From positions 14,357 through 78,356 of the forward strand of contig CAWGGQ010000017.1 of NCBI GenBank assembly GCA_963822125.1: a stretch of DNA of 64,000 nucleotides, in the 5' to 3' direction. Shown in pieces: positions 27,017 through 36,652 of this stretch (its first letter is position 1; each line of letters begins with the position of its first letter). The notes beneath the pieces are model-generated. The model ran no database searches and was not told where the DNA came from. It saw only the letters and a program-made list of their open reading frames with translations. Source of the stretch: an uncultured Gammaproteobacteria bacterium (lineage in GTDB: Bacteria > Pseudomonadota > Gammaproteobacteria > Pseudomonadales > Azotimanducaceae). The position numbers and the translations under genes are program-made.

Positions 27017-27856
27017 TCAGGCGCCGCCGGAGGGATTTGCGGCGGCGCGAAAGAGCTGTTCGGTGGCATCGTCTGCCGGGAAGAGGCTCTCGATGCGCAA
27101 CTCGTCGGCGGTAACGTCCTGCGCGGTTCCGAACGTTGCGATGACGGTGAACAGCGAAATGCGTGCACCGTCCTTCTCGATCTCGAGCGGCAGCACGGGC
27201 ACCAGCGCGGTGTCGTCGGCGATCCGCAGCACGCTGTCGTCCTGCAGCGGCGCTAGTTCCGCCAACAGCGCCTGCATCTCCGCCCCGCCGAACGCCGCCG
27301 CCTCTTTTTGCGCGCGTTGCCACAACAGCGGAGCAACCGTGTTCCAGTTCGTAACGAACTGTTTGATGCCGTTCGGGTGGAAGAATAAACGCATCAGATT
27401 GCGTTCTTCGCCGCCGATGCGTTTCCAGATGTCGGCGCCCAACATCGCAACGATGAGTTCGAACGGCTTGTTGGCCATGCGGATGTTCCAGGCGCGGTCG
27501 ACAGCGAGCGCAGGAAACGGTTCGTGATTGCTCAGCATCATCCGCAGGGCGTTCATCACCTGGTTCATCTGCGGATGATCGAGGGGACGCGCTTTGAAAA
27601 CGGGTGCGAAGCCGGCGGCGGTGAGCCAGTCGTTGCGTTCGCGCAAGGGTACCTCCAGCGTTTCGCTCAGCTGCAGGATCATGCTGCGGCTCGGCCGCGC
27701 GCGGCCCGATTCGAGAAAGCTGACGTGGCGTTGCGATACACCCGACGACAGCGCGAGATCGAGTTGCGACAAGCGGCGCTTGTGGCGCCAGGTTTTCAGC
27801 AGCAGCGGAAAGCCGCGTTCGACTTCGACGCCGGCACTCACCGTATTCAACGACAC
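27017..27856 (-). CDS. MmyB-like XRE-family helix-turn-helix transcriptional regulator
   Basis: N-terminal HTH RRLSQLDLALSSGVSQRHVSFLESGRARPS, followed by an MmyB-like ligand domain (NHEPFPALAVDRAWNIRMANKPF). Confidence 0.85.
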   Translation of the reverse strand: MSLNTVSAGVEVERGFPLLLKTWRHKRRLSQLDLALSSGVSQRHVSFLESGRARPSRSMILQLSETLEVPLRERNDWLTAAGFAPVFKARPLDHPQMNQVMNALRMMLSNHEPFPALAVDRAWNIRMANKPFELIVAMLGADIWKRIGGEERNLMRLFFHPNGIKQFVTNWNTVAPLLWQRAQKEAAAFGGAEMQALLAELAPLQDDSVLRIADDTALVPVLPLEIEKDGARISLFTVIATFGTAQDVTADELRIESLFPADDATEQLFRAAANPSGGA

Positions 27857-27956
27857 GATCGATGCCCTCCTGTCCGCGTATGCTCGCTTTGCCCGGGTCG
27901 GCGTTTCAAATACCCTCGAGGTAATTGTGCAGCATCGGTGGGAGCCGGAGCGAACG

Positions 27957-28361
27957 ATGCGACAGTCACTCGCGCGAATCGCCCTCGTGGTGCGTGAATA
28001 CGACGAAGCGATCGCGTTCTACACGGGGGTGCTCGGTTTCGACCTGATCGAAGACACCTTGATTTCCGAGGGCCCGAGCAGAACAAGCGCTGGGTGGTAG
28101 TGGCGCCCGAAGGGCTCGCGCGAAACGCAGATTCTGCTGGCGCGCGCCGTGGGGGACGAGCAGTCGTCGCGCATCGGCAATCAGACCGGCGGCCGCGTAT
28201 TCCTGTTTCTGCACACCGACGATTTCTGGCGCGACTATCGGGCTTACCAGTCGCACGGGGTCGAGTTCATCCGCGAACCGAAGGAAGAGCGCTACGGAAC
28301 GGTGGCCGTGTTCCGCGACCTGTACGGTAACCTCTGGGATCTGATCGAACCGCGATCGTGA
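27957..28361 (+). pseudogene. VOC/glyoxalase family protein with two compensating frame changes (about 28070 and 28114)
   Basis: MRQSLARIALVVREYDEAIAFYTGVLGFDLIEDT is in frame 0 and PEQNKRWVVVAPEG in frame 2. SRETQILLARAVGDEQ..YGTVAVFRDLYGNLWDLIE returns to frame 0. Frame 0 carries TAG at 28098. Confidence 0.8.
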
Positions 28362-28364
28362 CGC

Positions 28365-28577
28365 ATGAACCCGACCGACCGTAGCGGCGTGATCCGCTTT
28401 GCCGACGCGCAAGCCGCCATCCCGGGACCCGCCGGCGAACGCGTCGCACCGGCGTTGAAGCGCGGCACGCTCGACGTCGCGGCCGGCGTCGAGCATCACT
28501 ACGAAGCGTTCACCGACGATCTCGCGCTGTGGCGCATCTTCTACGGACCTGCAGGCGGCGAAGCCGTGTCGAATTGA
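28365..28577 (+). pseudogene. Cupin-domain gene with an in-frame internal deletion
   Basis: VIRFADAQAAIPGPAGERVAPALKRGTLDV is fused directly to AAGVEHHYEAFTDDLALWRIFYGPAGGE. The central beta-barrel (about 50 aa in homologues as I recall them) is missing. Confidence 0.55.
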
Positions 28578-28622
28578 TTCGGTGCCGTTCGTCTACTTGA
28601 ACAAACGCAACGGAGCGGATTC

Positions 28623-29241
28623 ATGAAGATCTACTGGATCAAGGCGCAGGCGCCGCAACGCGTGCTCGCGCTGATCAAACATCTCGGCATCGACGCCGAG
28701 TGTGAAGAGATCGATTTGATGAAAGGCGGATTGCGGAGGCCCGAATACGCGCGCGCTGAATCCGAACATGAAGGCGCCGACGCTGGTCGACGGCGACACG
28801 GTGCTGTGGGAAGCCTCGGCGATCATGGCGCATCTGTGCATCAAGGTGGGTTCGAACATGTGGCCGGCGCACAACCCGGCCGAACAGGTGGAAGTGTTGC
28901 GCTGGCTGTCGTGGAGCGATGGACACTGGTCGCCGGCGGTGTCGCCGTTCTACTTCGAGCACATCGTCAAATCGACGTTCGACATGGGTCCGCCCGATCG
29001 CGAGCTGTTGAAGGCGAGCGTCGGCGATCTCGTCAGATTTGCGACGGTGCTGAATGGACATCTCGCCGGCAGAGATCATCCCGCGTGCGGACGGCTGACC
29101 ATTGCCGACTTTCAGATGGCGTCGATGGCGATGTACTGGCGCGAATCGGAAATGCCGTTGGCGGATTTTCCGAACGTGGTGCGTTGGCTCGACGGTTTGC
29201 AGCGGATTCCGGCGTGGGCCGATCCATGGCCGTCCAAATGA
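28623..29241 (+). pseudogene. Glutathione S-transferase; frame change near 28752 in a GCGCGCGC run
   Basis: MKIYWIKAQAPQRVLALIKHLGIDAECEEIDL..PEYA joins LNPNMKAPTLVDGDTVLWEASAIMAHL in the next frame. Confidence 0.75.
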
Positions 29242-29293
29242 AGAAGTGGCAAAGTCCGTTCCTACAACGCTTTCCCGAGGGGGAAGATTCCGG

Positions 29294-30928
29294 ATGCGTG
29301 CTCGTCTGCCGCTGTTCATCACCTTGCTTTCGCTGGGTGGACTGTTCCCGTTAGGCGCATTCGCAGCGCCCGCAAGCGTCGATCTGATACTGACCAACGG
29401 AAAGGTGTTCACCGGCGATCCGGAACGGCCGCGCGCCGAAGCGATCGCCATCGGCGGTGAACGTATCGTCGCGGTGGGAAGCGCGAGTGAAATCGCGGCG
29501 CTGGCCGGTGAAAAGACGCGCACCGTCGATCTGCAGCAGCGTGTTGCTACGCCCGGCTTCAACGACGCGCACGCGCATTTCGGCCCCGATCCGAAAGGCT
29601 TCGAGATTCGTTTCGATACCAGCGAGCCGACGTGGGCCGACACCAGCGCCGCGATATCCAAAGCCGTGCAGCAGACACCGGTTGGAACCTGGATCTTCGG
29701 GCAGGTGGGTTACACCGTGGTGCTCGACGAGCAGGTCACGCGCGCAGCGCTCGACAAAATCGCGCCGAATCACCCGGTGCTGTTACGCGCGTACTACGGC
29801 CACGGCGACATCGCCAACTCGCGCGCCTTGTCGCTGTTGCGTATTGCGAACAGCGAAACCGATCCGGCCGGCGGCTACTACGAACGCGTCGGTAACACGC
29901 GCGCAATCAACGGTCGCTTCTGGGAGTACGCGCAGTGGAAAGCCACTCGGGCGTTGGCCAGCACGGTCTCGGACGACGAAATTGTGGCGGCCCTCCACGA
30001 GCTGTCGGATACCGCGGTGCGCGCCGGGCTCACGTCACTGCAGATCTTCCCGGCGATGCCGATGGAGCGTTTCGTAACCCTCGCGCGGAAAAGCGACCTG
30101 CCGATCCGCATTCGCGCCATCGCATTCTCGCCAACAACCCCATCGGGGCGCGATCTATCGGAGATCCGCGACCTCGATCGTTTGCAGGACACCGATTCGA
30201 ACGTAACGGTGAGCGGCATCAAGTGGGTGGTGGACGGAACGCCGATTGAGCGCGGCGCTGCGCTGCGCGACGACTATGCGGATCGTCCGGGCTGGTACGG
30301 GCGGCTCAACTTTCCGGAGAGCGAGATCACGGCGATGTTGCGCGAATCGCTCGAGCTGCAACAGCCGCTGCTGTTGCATGCGGTAGGCGATAAAACCGCC
30401 GACGTCATCTTCGACGCGATGGAAACGATCGACGACGGCAAGGTCGACTGGAAATCGAAACGACTGCGCATCGAACACGGCGAAGGCGTGATGGACGATC
30501 TCATTCCGCGCGCGCGGGCGCTCGGCATCATCGTGGTGCAGAACCCGTCGCACTTCACGTTCGTCGAACTGTTCAAGCAGCGCTGGCATTCGCCGATGGG
30601 ATTGCTGCGCTCGTTGATCGAGGCCGACATTCCGGTGGCGTTGGGGTCGGACGGACCGATGAATCCGTTCCTCAACATCATGTTCGCCATTTCCGATCCG
30701 ACCAATCCGCCCGAAGCCATCACGCGTGAACAGGCGGTGCGTGCATACACCGCGGGTTCGGCGTTCGCGGAGTTCGCCGAGCAGGACAAAGGCACGCTCG
30801 CTGTCGGCAAACTCGCCGACATCGTGGTGTTGTCGCAGGACCCGTTCAGTGTGCCGGCGCCGGAGTTACCGAAGACGCGCAGCGTTCTGACGATCATCGG
30901 CGGCAAGGTGGTTTACGAGGAACGCTGA
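29294..30928 (+). CDS. Amidohydrolase-3 family metallo-hydrolase, secreted (544 aa)
   Basis: Signal peptide MRARLPLFITLLSLGGLFPLGAFA. Contains GFNDAHAHF, VALGSDGP and ADIVVLSQDP. Confidence 0.85.
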   Translation: MRARLPLFITLLSLGGLFPLGAFAAPASVDLILTNGKVFTGDPERPRAEAIAIGGERIVAVGSASEIAALAGEKTRTVDLQQRVATPGFNDAHAHFGPDPKGFEIRFDTSEPTWADTSAAISKAVQQTPVGTWIFGQVGYTVVLDEQVTRAALDKIAPNHPVLLRAYYGHGDIANSRALSLLRIANSETDPAGGYYERVGNTRAINGRFWEYAQWKATRALASTVSDDEIVAALHELSDTAVRAGLTSLQIFPAMPMERFVTLARKSDLPIRIRAIAFSPTTPSGRDLSEIRDLDRLQDTDSNVTVSGIKWVVDGTPIERGAALRDDYADRPGWYGRLNFPESEITAMLRESLELQQPLLLHAVGDKTADVIFDAMETIDDGKVDWKSKRLRIEHGEGVMDDLIPRARALGIIVVQNPSHFTFVELFKQRWHSPMGLLRSLIEADIPVALGSDGPMNPFLNIMFAISDPTNPPEAITREQAVRAYTAGSAFAEFAEQDKGTLAVGKLADIVVLSQDPFSVPAPELPKTRSVLTIIGGKVVYEER

Positions 30929-31446
30929 TGAGGGTGATTCGTTGTACGCACGACGCACACGCGTCGCAGATTCTCGACATTCTGAATGAGGCGATTGCCA
31001 ACTCGACGGCGCTGTACGACTACGCACCGCGCACTATCCACAGCATGGTCGATTGGTTTCAAACGAAGGCAGCGAAGCAGTTTCCCGTGATTGGTGTGGT
31101 TGAGGGCGAGCGTCTCGCCGGTTTCGCGAGCTACGGGACGTTTCGCGCGTGGCCTGCGTACAAATATTCCGTGGAGCATTCGGTTTACGTGCATCACGAT
31201 CATCGCGGCAAAGGTCTCGGTCGCGTGTTGATGGAGCGCCTGATCGACGCGGCGATCGAACAGCAGTATCACGTCATGATCGGCGCCATCGACGTATCGA
31301 ACGCGAGCAGCATTCGCTTGCACGAGCAGGTTGGCTTCGTGCATGCAGGCACGATCCGGCATGCGGGGTTTAAATTCGGTAGATGGCTCGACGTCGCGTT
31401 TTATCAACGCATTCTCGAAACGCCCGCACATCCGGTGGATGGCTAA
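30928..31446 (+). CDS. GNAT acetyltransferase of the phosphinothricin/methionine-sulfoximine N-acetyltransferase type
   Basis: ILNEAIANSTALYDY.P.T...WF, YVHHDHRGKGLGRVLM and HAGFKFGRWLDVAFYQ are hallmarks of the PAT family. Confidence 0.8.
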   Translation: MRVIRCTHDAHASQILDILNEAIANSTALYDYAPRTIHSMVDWFQTKAAKQFPVIGVVEGERLAGFASYGTFRAWPAYKYSVEHSVYVHHDHRGKGLGRVLMERLIDAAIEQQYHVMIGAIDVSNASSIRLHEQVGFVHAGTIRHAGFKFGRWLDVAFYQRILETPAHPVDG

Positions 31447-31470
31447 CGGATTTATGAAGGAGCAAAGTTC

Positions 31471-31821
31471 ATGCTGACGGCGACATGCCACTGCGGCGCA
31501 GTGTCGGTGACGGTGCCGCGCAAGCCGCGCACGATCACCGATTGCAACTGCACCATCTGCACGAAGTACGGCGTGTTGTGGGCGTACTACAAGGAATCAA
31601 CCGTTCGGTTCGATGCGAAGGCGAAGACCACCGACGAGTACATCTGGGGCCGAAAGCACCAGCGCTTCGTCCGCTGTGCGAAATGCGGTTGCATCATGTA
31701 TTGGCAACGCCTGGCACCGCATCCGCAGAACAACGTGGGCGTGAATGCGCGCAACTTCCCACCGGACGTGCTGCACTCGATCCGAATCAAGCCGCTCGAT
31801 GGCGCAGCTTTCAAGCTGTGA
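31471..31821 (+). CDS. GFA family protein
   Basis: CHCGAVSV..CNCTICTKYG..RCAKCGC. Confidence 0.8.
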   Translation: MLTATCHCGAVSVTVPRKPRTITDCNCTICTKYGVLWAYYKESTVRFDAKAKTTDEYIWGRKHQRFVRCAKCGCIMYWQRLAPHPQNNVGVNARNFPPDVLHSIRIKPLDGAAFKL

Positions 31822-31828
31822 ATGGCGT

Positions 31829-32203
31829 ATGGATTCACACGCGACCGTAGACGACTACATCGCTGCATGCCCGCCGAAGGTTCGCGCCATCCTGAGCAGG
31901 ATCAGGAGCACGGTCCGAAAGGCCGCGCCCGATGCGGAAGAGCGCATCAGCTACCGCATGCCGTCGTTTGTTCAGAACGGCACGCTCGTGTACTACGCGG
32001 CGTTCAAGAATCACATCGGGTTGTATCCGCCGGTGAGGGGCGACGCAAAGCTGCTGAAGGACGTAGCGAAATATGCGAACGAGAAGGGCAATCTCAGGTT
32101 TCCGCTCGACGAGCCGATTCCGTACGGGTTGATCAGCCGAATCGTGAAAGCGCGCGCGAAGGAGAACCGGCGCACGGCTGACGCGCGCAGGAAGACGCGG
32201 TAG
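31829..32203 (+). CDS. DUF1801 (YdhG-like) domain protein
   Basis: VDDYIAACPPKVRAILSRIRSTVRKAAPDAEERISYRMPSF..NHIGLYP. Confidence 0.8.
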   Translation: MDSHATVDDYIAACPPKVRAILSRIRSTVRKAAPDAEERISYRMPSFVQNGTLVYYAAFKNHIGLYPPVRGDAKLLKDVAKYANEKGNLRFPLDEPIPYGLISRIVKARAKENRRTADARRKTR

Positions 32204-32237
32204 CGTTTGTGGGCAAGTCCAGCAGGGAGATCCGCCG

Positions 32238-32624
32238 ATGACCATCCAGCTCGATCACTTCATCGTGTCGTGCCGCAACCAGATTGCCTCGGCGAAACGT
32301 CTTGCCGGTTTACTCGGCGTGCCTTGGGCCGAGTCGGGCGCAGGACCGTTCTCGCCGGTGTATCTGAACGACGGGCTGACTCTCGATTTCATCGAGACCG
32401 ACGAAGCGTTTCCGGTGGAACACTTCTGCTTCCGCGTCAGCGCGTCCGAGTTCGATGCCATTCTTCGCCGCATCAAAGCGGCCGGCATTGCGTATCGCAG
32501 TGAAGTGCGCGGCCCGGTCGACATGAAAGTGCACCCCGAACTCGGCAACGTGTATTGGAACGATCCCGACGGACATCAGTGGGAAATGCTGACTACGAGC
32601 TACGCACGGGCAAAGCCGGAATGA
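32238..32624 (+). CDS. VOC family protein
   Basis: LDHFIVSCRNQIASAKRLAGLLG..HFCFRVS..YWNDPDGHQWEML. Confidence 0.75.
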   Translation: MTIQLDHFIVSCRNQIASAKRLAGLLGVPWAESGAGPFSPVYLNDGLTLDFIETDEAFPVEHFCFRVSASEFDAILRRIKAAGIAYRSEVRGPVDMKVHPELGNVYWNDPDGHQWEMLTTSYARAKPE

Positions 32625-33076
32625 ACATTCGCGTCGACAACCTGACCCATCCCGAGGTGATCGGCCTCATCCGCCTGCATCTGCAGGGCATGTCGCAGCA
32701 CTCTCCGCCGGAGAGCGTGCACGCACTCGGCATCGAAGCGCTGCGCAAACCCGAGATTACGTTCTGGAGCGTGTGGGATCAGTCCCAGCTGATGGGGTGT
32801 GGCGCATTGAAGGAGCTGGATGCAAAGCACGGTGAAATCAAATCGATGCGCACCGCTACCGAACATCTACGCAAAGGGGTGGCCGCCGGTTTGATGCGGC
32901 ACATTCTCGAGGAAGCGAAGCGGCGCTCGTATCGACGGCTGAGCCTCGAAACCGGGTCCGGTGAACCGTTTGCGCCTGCGGTCGAGCTGTACAAACGCTT
33001 CGGCTTTCGCGAGTGCGGGCCGTTCGCCGACTACCGCGAAGATCCGTTCAGCGTGTTCATGACCATCGAGCTGTAG
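32621..33076 (+). CDS. GNAT family N-acetyltransferase
   Basis: GEIKSMRTATEHLRKGVAAGLMRHIL..LYKRFGFRECGPF. ATGA overlap upstream. Confidence 0.8.
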   Translation: MNIRVDNLTHPEVIGLIRLHLQGMSQHSPPESVHALGIEALRKPEITFWSVWDQSQLMGCGALKELDAKHGEIKSMRTATEHLRKGVAAGLMRHILEEAKRRSYRRLSLETGSGEPFAPAVELYKRFGFRECGPFADYREDPFSVFMTIEL

Positions 33077-33094
33077 AGCTACCGCACTTCACAG

Positions 33095-33772
33095 CTAGGC
33101 TCCCGAGCCTTCGAAAGCGTCCATCTTCGCAACGATCGCCTCGACGGTTTCATAGTCCGTGCGCCCGGCCGCGTTCGGCTCCAGGAATACATCGAACACC
33201 CTGATTGCCAGAATTGCGAGTTGGGTCGCGCCGGTTGGTATCGCCCCTCTGGGGAACCGGTCAGCGTTGTCGCGCAGGAATTTCGCCGCGGTCTGCGCGG
33301 CTTCGTGTTCAGTGCGATCGACCGGCGTCGCATAGCTGAACTTCCAGCGGCGGATCTGCCGATTGATCTGATCGCGGCCGTCGCTTTCGATGCCGGCCGC
33401 CGTGAATACCCGGCAGTCGTAGTTGCGGCAGGTTTTCGGCCGATTTTCGTAGATGGAGCATTGGCCGTTCTTCAGCATCGGGCAGCGGCCCTGTTCGTCG
33501 TATCCCATCAACACGTTGCCCTTCGGCAAGCCGGGCGCGGGGAACAGCAACGCCTTTGGAATCGCGCGCAGTGCGTCTTTCTCATCGGGCCCGACATGAA
33601 TGAAGTACGACGATGTGCAACAGGCGATGCAGGTGCCACACGGAACGTCGGCCGTGCCTTTGTCGGCTACCGCACTTCTCGTGTGCTTCACCCAGGACGA
33701 GAATGCTCCGGCCGGCAGCGTTGCCACGTCGGTGATGTCGGCGACATCGAGCTTCGTTGGTTTGTCGGCCAT
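33095..33772 (-). CDS. YkgJ/UPF0153-type cysteine-cluster (Fe-S/zinc) protein
   Basis: CGTCIACC..CPML.NGQCSIYENRPKTCRNYDC. Start taken at MADKPTK. Confidence 0.8.
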   Translation of the reverse strand: MADKPTKLDVADITDVATLPAGAFSSWVKHTRSAVADKGTADVPCGTCIACCTSSYFIHVGPDEKDALRAIPKALLFPAPGLPKGNVLMGYDEQGRCPMLKNGQCSIYENRPKTCRNYDCRVFTAAGIESDGRDQINRQIRRWKFSYATPVDRTEHEAAQTAAKFLRDNADRFPRGAIPTGATQLAILAIRVFDVFLEPNAAGRTDYETVEAIVAKMDAFEGSGA

Positions 33773-33805
33773 GATCGGACTAGCGTATTCGAAAAGAGGT
33801 GCCGT

Positions 33806-34216
33806 ATGCACAACGCAACGTGGTACTCCCGTGCAGCCAAGACAACCGCGCGCTACAGCGGACGACCCTGGGTCTTTGCGCTCGCGGTGGGTCTCATCGT
33901 CGTGTGGCTCGTATCGGGTCCGCTGTTCGGCTTCAGCGATACGTGGCAGCTCGTCATCAACACCGGCACCACCATCGTGACGTTTCTGATGGTGTTCCTG
34001 ATTCAGAACACGCAGAACCGCGACACCGAGGCGATGCAGGTGAAACTCGACGAGCTGATTCGCGTGACCAAGGGTGCGCACAACGCGCTGCTCGATCTGG
34101 AAGAACTCGAGGACGACAAGCTGGATGCGTTTCGTGCCAGGTACCAAGCGCTTGCGGATTCCGCGCGCGGCGAGCTGGAGCGCGGCGCTTTCGATACCGA
34201 TACACCGGAGGCCTGA
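33806..34216 (+). CDS. Low-affinity iron permease family protein (PF04120-like)
   Basis: SGPLFGFSDTWQLVINTGTTIVTFLMVFLIQNTQNRDTEAMQVKLDELI. Confidence 0.8.
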   Translation: MHNATWYSRAAKTTARYSGRPWVFALAVGLIVVWLVSGPLFGFSDTWQLVINTGTTIVTFLMVFLIQNTQNRDTEAMQVKLDELIRVTKGAHNALLDLEELEDDKLDAFRARYQALADSARGELERGAFDTDTPEA

Positions 34217-34218
34217 CG

Positions 34219-34548
34219 ATGGAAGCGTATGCACGATTGATCAAGCTGAAGCCGGGCAGCGATGCGCGCGTGGCAGAGTGGGCGCAGACGATGAACGCTC
34301 GACGATCCGAAGCGGTAGCGACGCTGGTGGACGAGGGCGTCGAAGTGGAATCGTGGTTCTCGCTCGAACTCGGCGGTGAGCAATACCTGATCTGCTACAT
34401 GCGTGCAGAGTCGATGGAGAAAGCCCAGAACACCCTGACGCAATCGACGCATCCGATCGACGCCGTACATCAACAGTTCAAGGTCGACACATGGGTGCGC
34501 GGTGCCGGGGCGGAAGGACGGTTGTTGCTCGATCTACAGGTGAACTGA
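34219..34548 (+). CDS. Hypothetical protein (109 aa)
   Basis: Intact ORF starting 3 nt after the upstream stop. The family is uncertain. Confidence 0.55.
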   Translation: MEAYARLIKLKPGSDARVAEWAQTMNARRSEAVATLVDEGVEVESWFSLELGGEQYLICYMRAESMEKAQNTLTQSTHPIDAVHQQFKVDTWVRGAGAEGRLLLDLQVN

Positions 34549-34571
34549 CGCCGTTCGCGGGGAGAGACGTG

Positions 34572-35087
34572 ATGCGTGCTGAGGAAATGCTGCGCGACGC
34601 AACCCCGGACGATTTCGCCGCGATTCTTGCGATGAACGAAGAGTCATTGCGGTTTCTCGGTCCACTCACCGTCGAACAACTCGCTGCCATCCACAGCGAG
34701 GCGGCCTATCGTCGGGTGTTCGTCGACGACGGTTGCGCCGTGGCATTTCTGTTGGCGCTTCGAGAGGGGTGCGCGTACCCCAGCCTCAACTATCGCTGGT
34801 TCGTAGAGCGCTACGAGCGGTTCCTGTACGTCGACCGCATCGTTGTCGCGAACAGTCACCACCGCCGCGGCATCGGAGAAGCGTTGTACGCCGATCTGTT
34901 CGATTTCGCGCGGAGGATCGGAACGCCGTGCATGACCTGCGAGATCGACATCGATCCGCCGAATCCGGTGTCGAGCCGCTTTCATGCGCGTCATGGCTTC
35001 GTGGAGGTCGGCACGCAGACAGTGGCTGCGGGGAAGAAGCGTGTGTCGTTGCAGGTGGCGATGCTCTCGCGGGAACATTCACGTTGA
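34572..35087 (+). CDS. GNAT family N-acetyltransferase
   Basis: LYVDRIVVANSHHRRGIGEALY..FHARHGFVEVG. Confidence 0.8.
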   Translation: MRAEEMLRDATPDDFAAILAMNEESLRFLGPLTVEQLAAIHSEAAYRRVFVDDGCAVAFLLALREGCAYPSLNYRWFVERYERFLYVDRIVVANSHHRRGIGEALYADLFDFARRIGTPCMTCEIDIDPPNPVSSRFHARHGFVEVGTQTVAAGKKRVSLQVAMLSREHSR

Positions 35088-35106
35088 ACGAAACGGGGGA
35101 CGACGT

Positions 35107-35469
35107 ATGAATGCGCGCAATCCGATCTTCATTCACTACGTGCACGACATGGCTCGCGCACGCCGATTCTATGAGTCGGTGTTCGACGTGAAGCCCACAT
35201 TCGCGTCGCGTGGCTGGACCACACTCGACTTTGGTGCTTTTGAACTGGCGTTACATATCCTCGCGCCGGGCCATACCGACGAAGCGCCGCTACCGCACGC
35301 GGGGCTCAATCTCCAGGTCGACCTCATCGAGGCGATGCAGGCGCGCATCGAGACGCACGGCGGCGAAATGATCGAGCTGCGTGAGCCGCAGTCGAGTGTT
35401 CCGGACCGCGTGGCGACATTTCGCGATCCCGAAGGCAACGGCTTCGAACTGCGACAGTATGTAGGCTGA
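35107..35469 (+). CDS. VOC/glyoxalase family protein
   Basis: IFIHYVHDMARARRFYESVF..VATFRDPEGNGFEL. Confidence 0.75.
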   Translation: MNARNPIFIHYVHDMARARRFYESVFDVKPTFASRGWTTLDFGAFELALHILAPGHTDEAPLPHAGLNLQVDLIEAMQARIETHGGEMIELREPQSSVPDRVATFRDPEGNGFELRQYVG

Positions 35470-35481
35470 GGATAACCGTCT

Positions 35482-35916
35482 ATGGAGACCAGGCTGCTGC
35501 GCGTTCGCGACGTTCCGATCTCAACCGGTTTGCCGAAGGATTGGGTCGATCCGATCAAGCCCGAGCTTTTCGCCGGCAAACACGAAGGGCGCCTTGGAAA
35601 GCTCGTTGGCATGACGCAGTTCGGCGTCAATCAGGTCACGCTCGATCCTGGCTCGATCTCGTCATTGCGACACTGGCACGAGGCGGAGGACGAGTTCGTG
35701 TACGTGTTGGCCGGTAAACTGTTGTTGATGGACGAGAACGGCGCACACGAATTGGAGGCCGGTTCGTTCGTGGGATTTCCTGCCGGTGAACCGAACGCGC
35801 ATCACCTCTTGAATGCGTCCGACGCGCCGGCGGTGTTTCTCGCCGTAGGCTCGCGCCTGCCCGGTGCCGAAACGATCCATTACCCGGATGACCGAGCCGG
35901 GCCGATCAGGAAGTAG
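35482..35916 (+). CDS. Cupin domain protein
   Basis: RHWHEAEDEFVYVLAGKLLLMDENG.HELEAGSFVGFPAGEPNAHHL. Confidence 0.8.
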   Translation: METRLLRVRDVPISTGLPKDWVDPIKPELFAGKHEGRLGKLVGMTQFGVNQVTLDPGSISSLRHWHEAEDEFVYVLAGKLLLMDENGAHELEAGSFVGFPAGEPNAHHLLNASDAPAVFLAVGSRLPGAETIHYPDDRAGPIRK

Positions 35917-35978
35917 GCCGCGCGCTGGTGGAAAGGGATAGGATGGGGCGCGCTAACAACCACGCGGGGGTGCGTACG

Positions 35979-36623
35979 ATGCGAAAGACCGGCTATGCGC
36001 TCATGGTGTTTCTGTCGCTGGCGATTGCCGCCTATGCGGTGCTCGCGTACGGCTTGTTGCCGCTCGAATCAGTGATCGATTCCAAAGTCGGCGCCTCGTT
36101 CCAGTCGCACAAGACGGCGCTGTATTCGCACGTCTTCGGCGCAGCGGTGGCGCTCGGCCTCGGTGCGTTCCAGTTTTCCACCCGGCTGCGCACGACGCGT
36201 CCGCAACTGCACCGCTGGATGGGGCGCTTGTATCTCGGCGTCGGCGTGCTCGTAGGCGGCATCGCCGGCCTGATCATGGCGACGCACGCATTCGGCGGTT
36301 TGCCCGCGCGACTCGGATTCGGCCTTCTCGCCGTCGTGTGGCTTTTCACAGGCGCACGCGCCTATCTGGCGATCCGCAGCGGAAACACTGCGGCGCACCG
36401 GCGCTGGATGGTGCGCAATTTTTCGCTGACATTCGCCGCGGTGACGCTGCGGTTGTATATCCCGGCTTCGAGTATCGCCGGCGTTCCGTTCGAAGTGGCG
36501 TATCCGATCATTGCGTGGGTTGCATGGGTGCCGAACCTGATCGTTGCGGAGTGGTGGTTCAATCGCCGCGGCGCATCGGGCGCGGAAATTTCGTCCAAGA
36601 CCGCGCGGGTGACCGCGGCCTAA
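35979..36623 (+). CDS. DUF2306 membrane protein
   Basis: Six hydrophobic helices with HRWMGRLYL and HRRWMVRNF motifs. The stop TAA is embedded in GCCTAAC. Confidence 0.7.
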   Translation: MRKTGYALMVFLSLAIAAYAVLAYGLLPLESVIDSKVGASFQSHKTALYSHVFGAAVALGLGAFQFSTRLRTTRPQLHRWMGRLYLGVGVLVGGIAGLIMATHAFGGLPARLGFGLLAVVWLFTGARAYLAIRSGNTAAHRRWMVRNFSLTFAAVTLRLYIPASSIAGVPFEVAYPIIAWVAWVPNLIVAEWWFNRRGASGAEISSKTARVTAA

Positions 36624-36652
36624 CGTGCGTCGGGCGCGAACGGGAGAACGTC

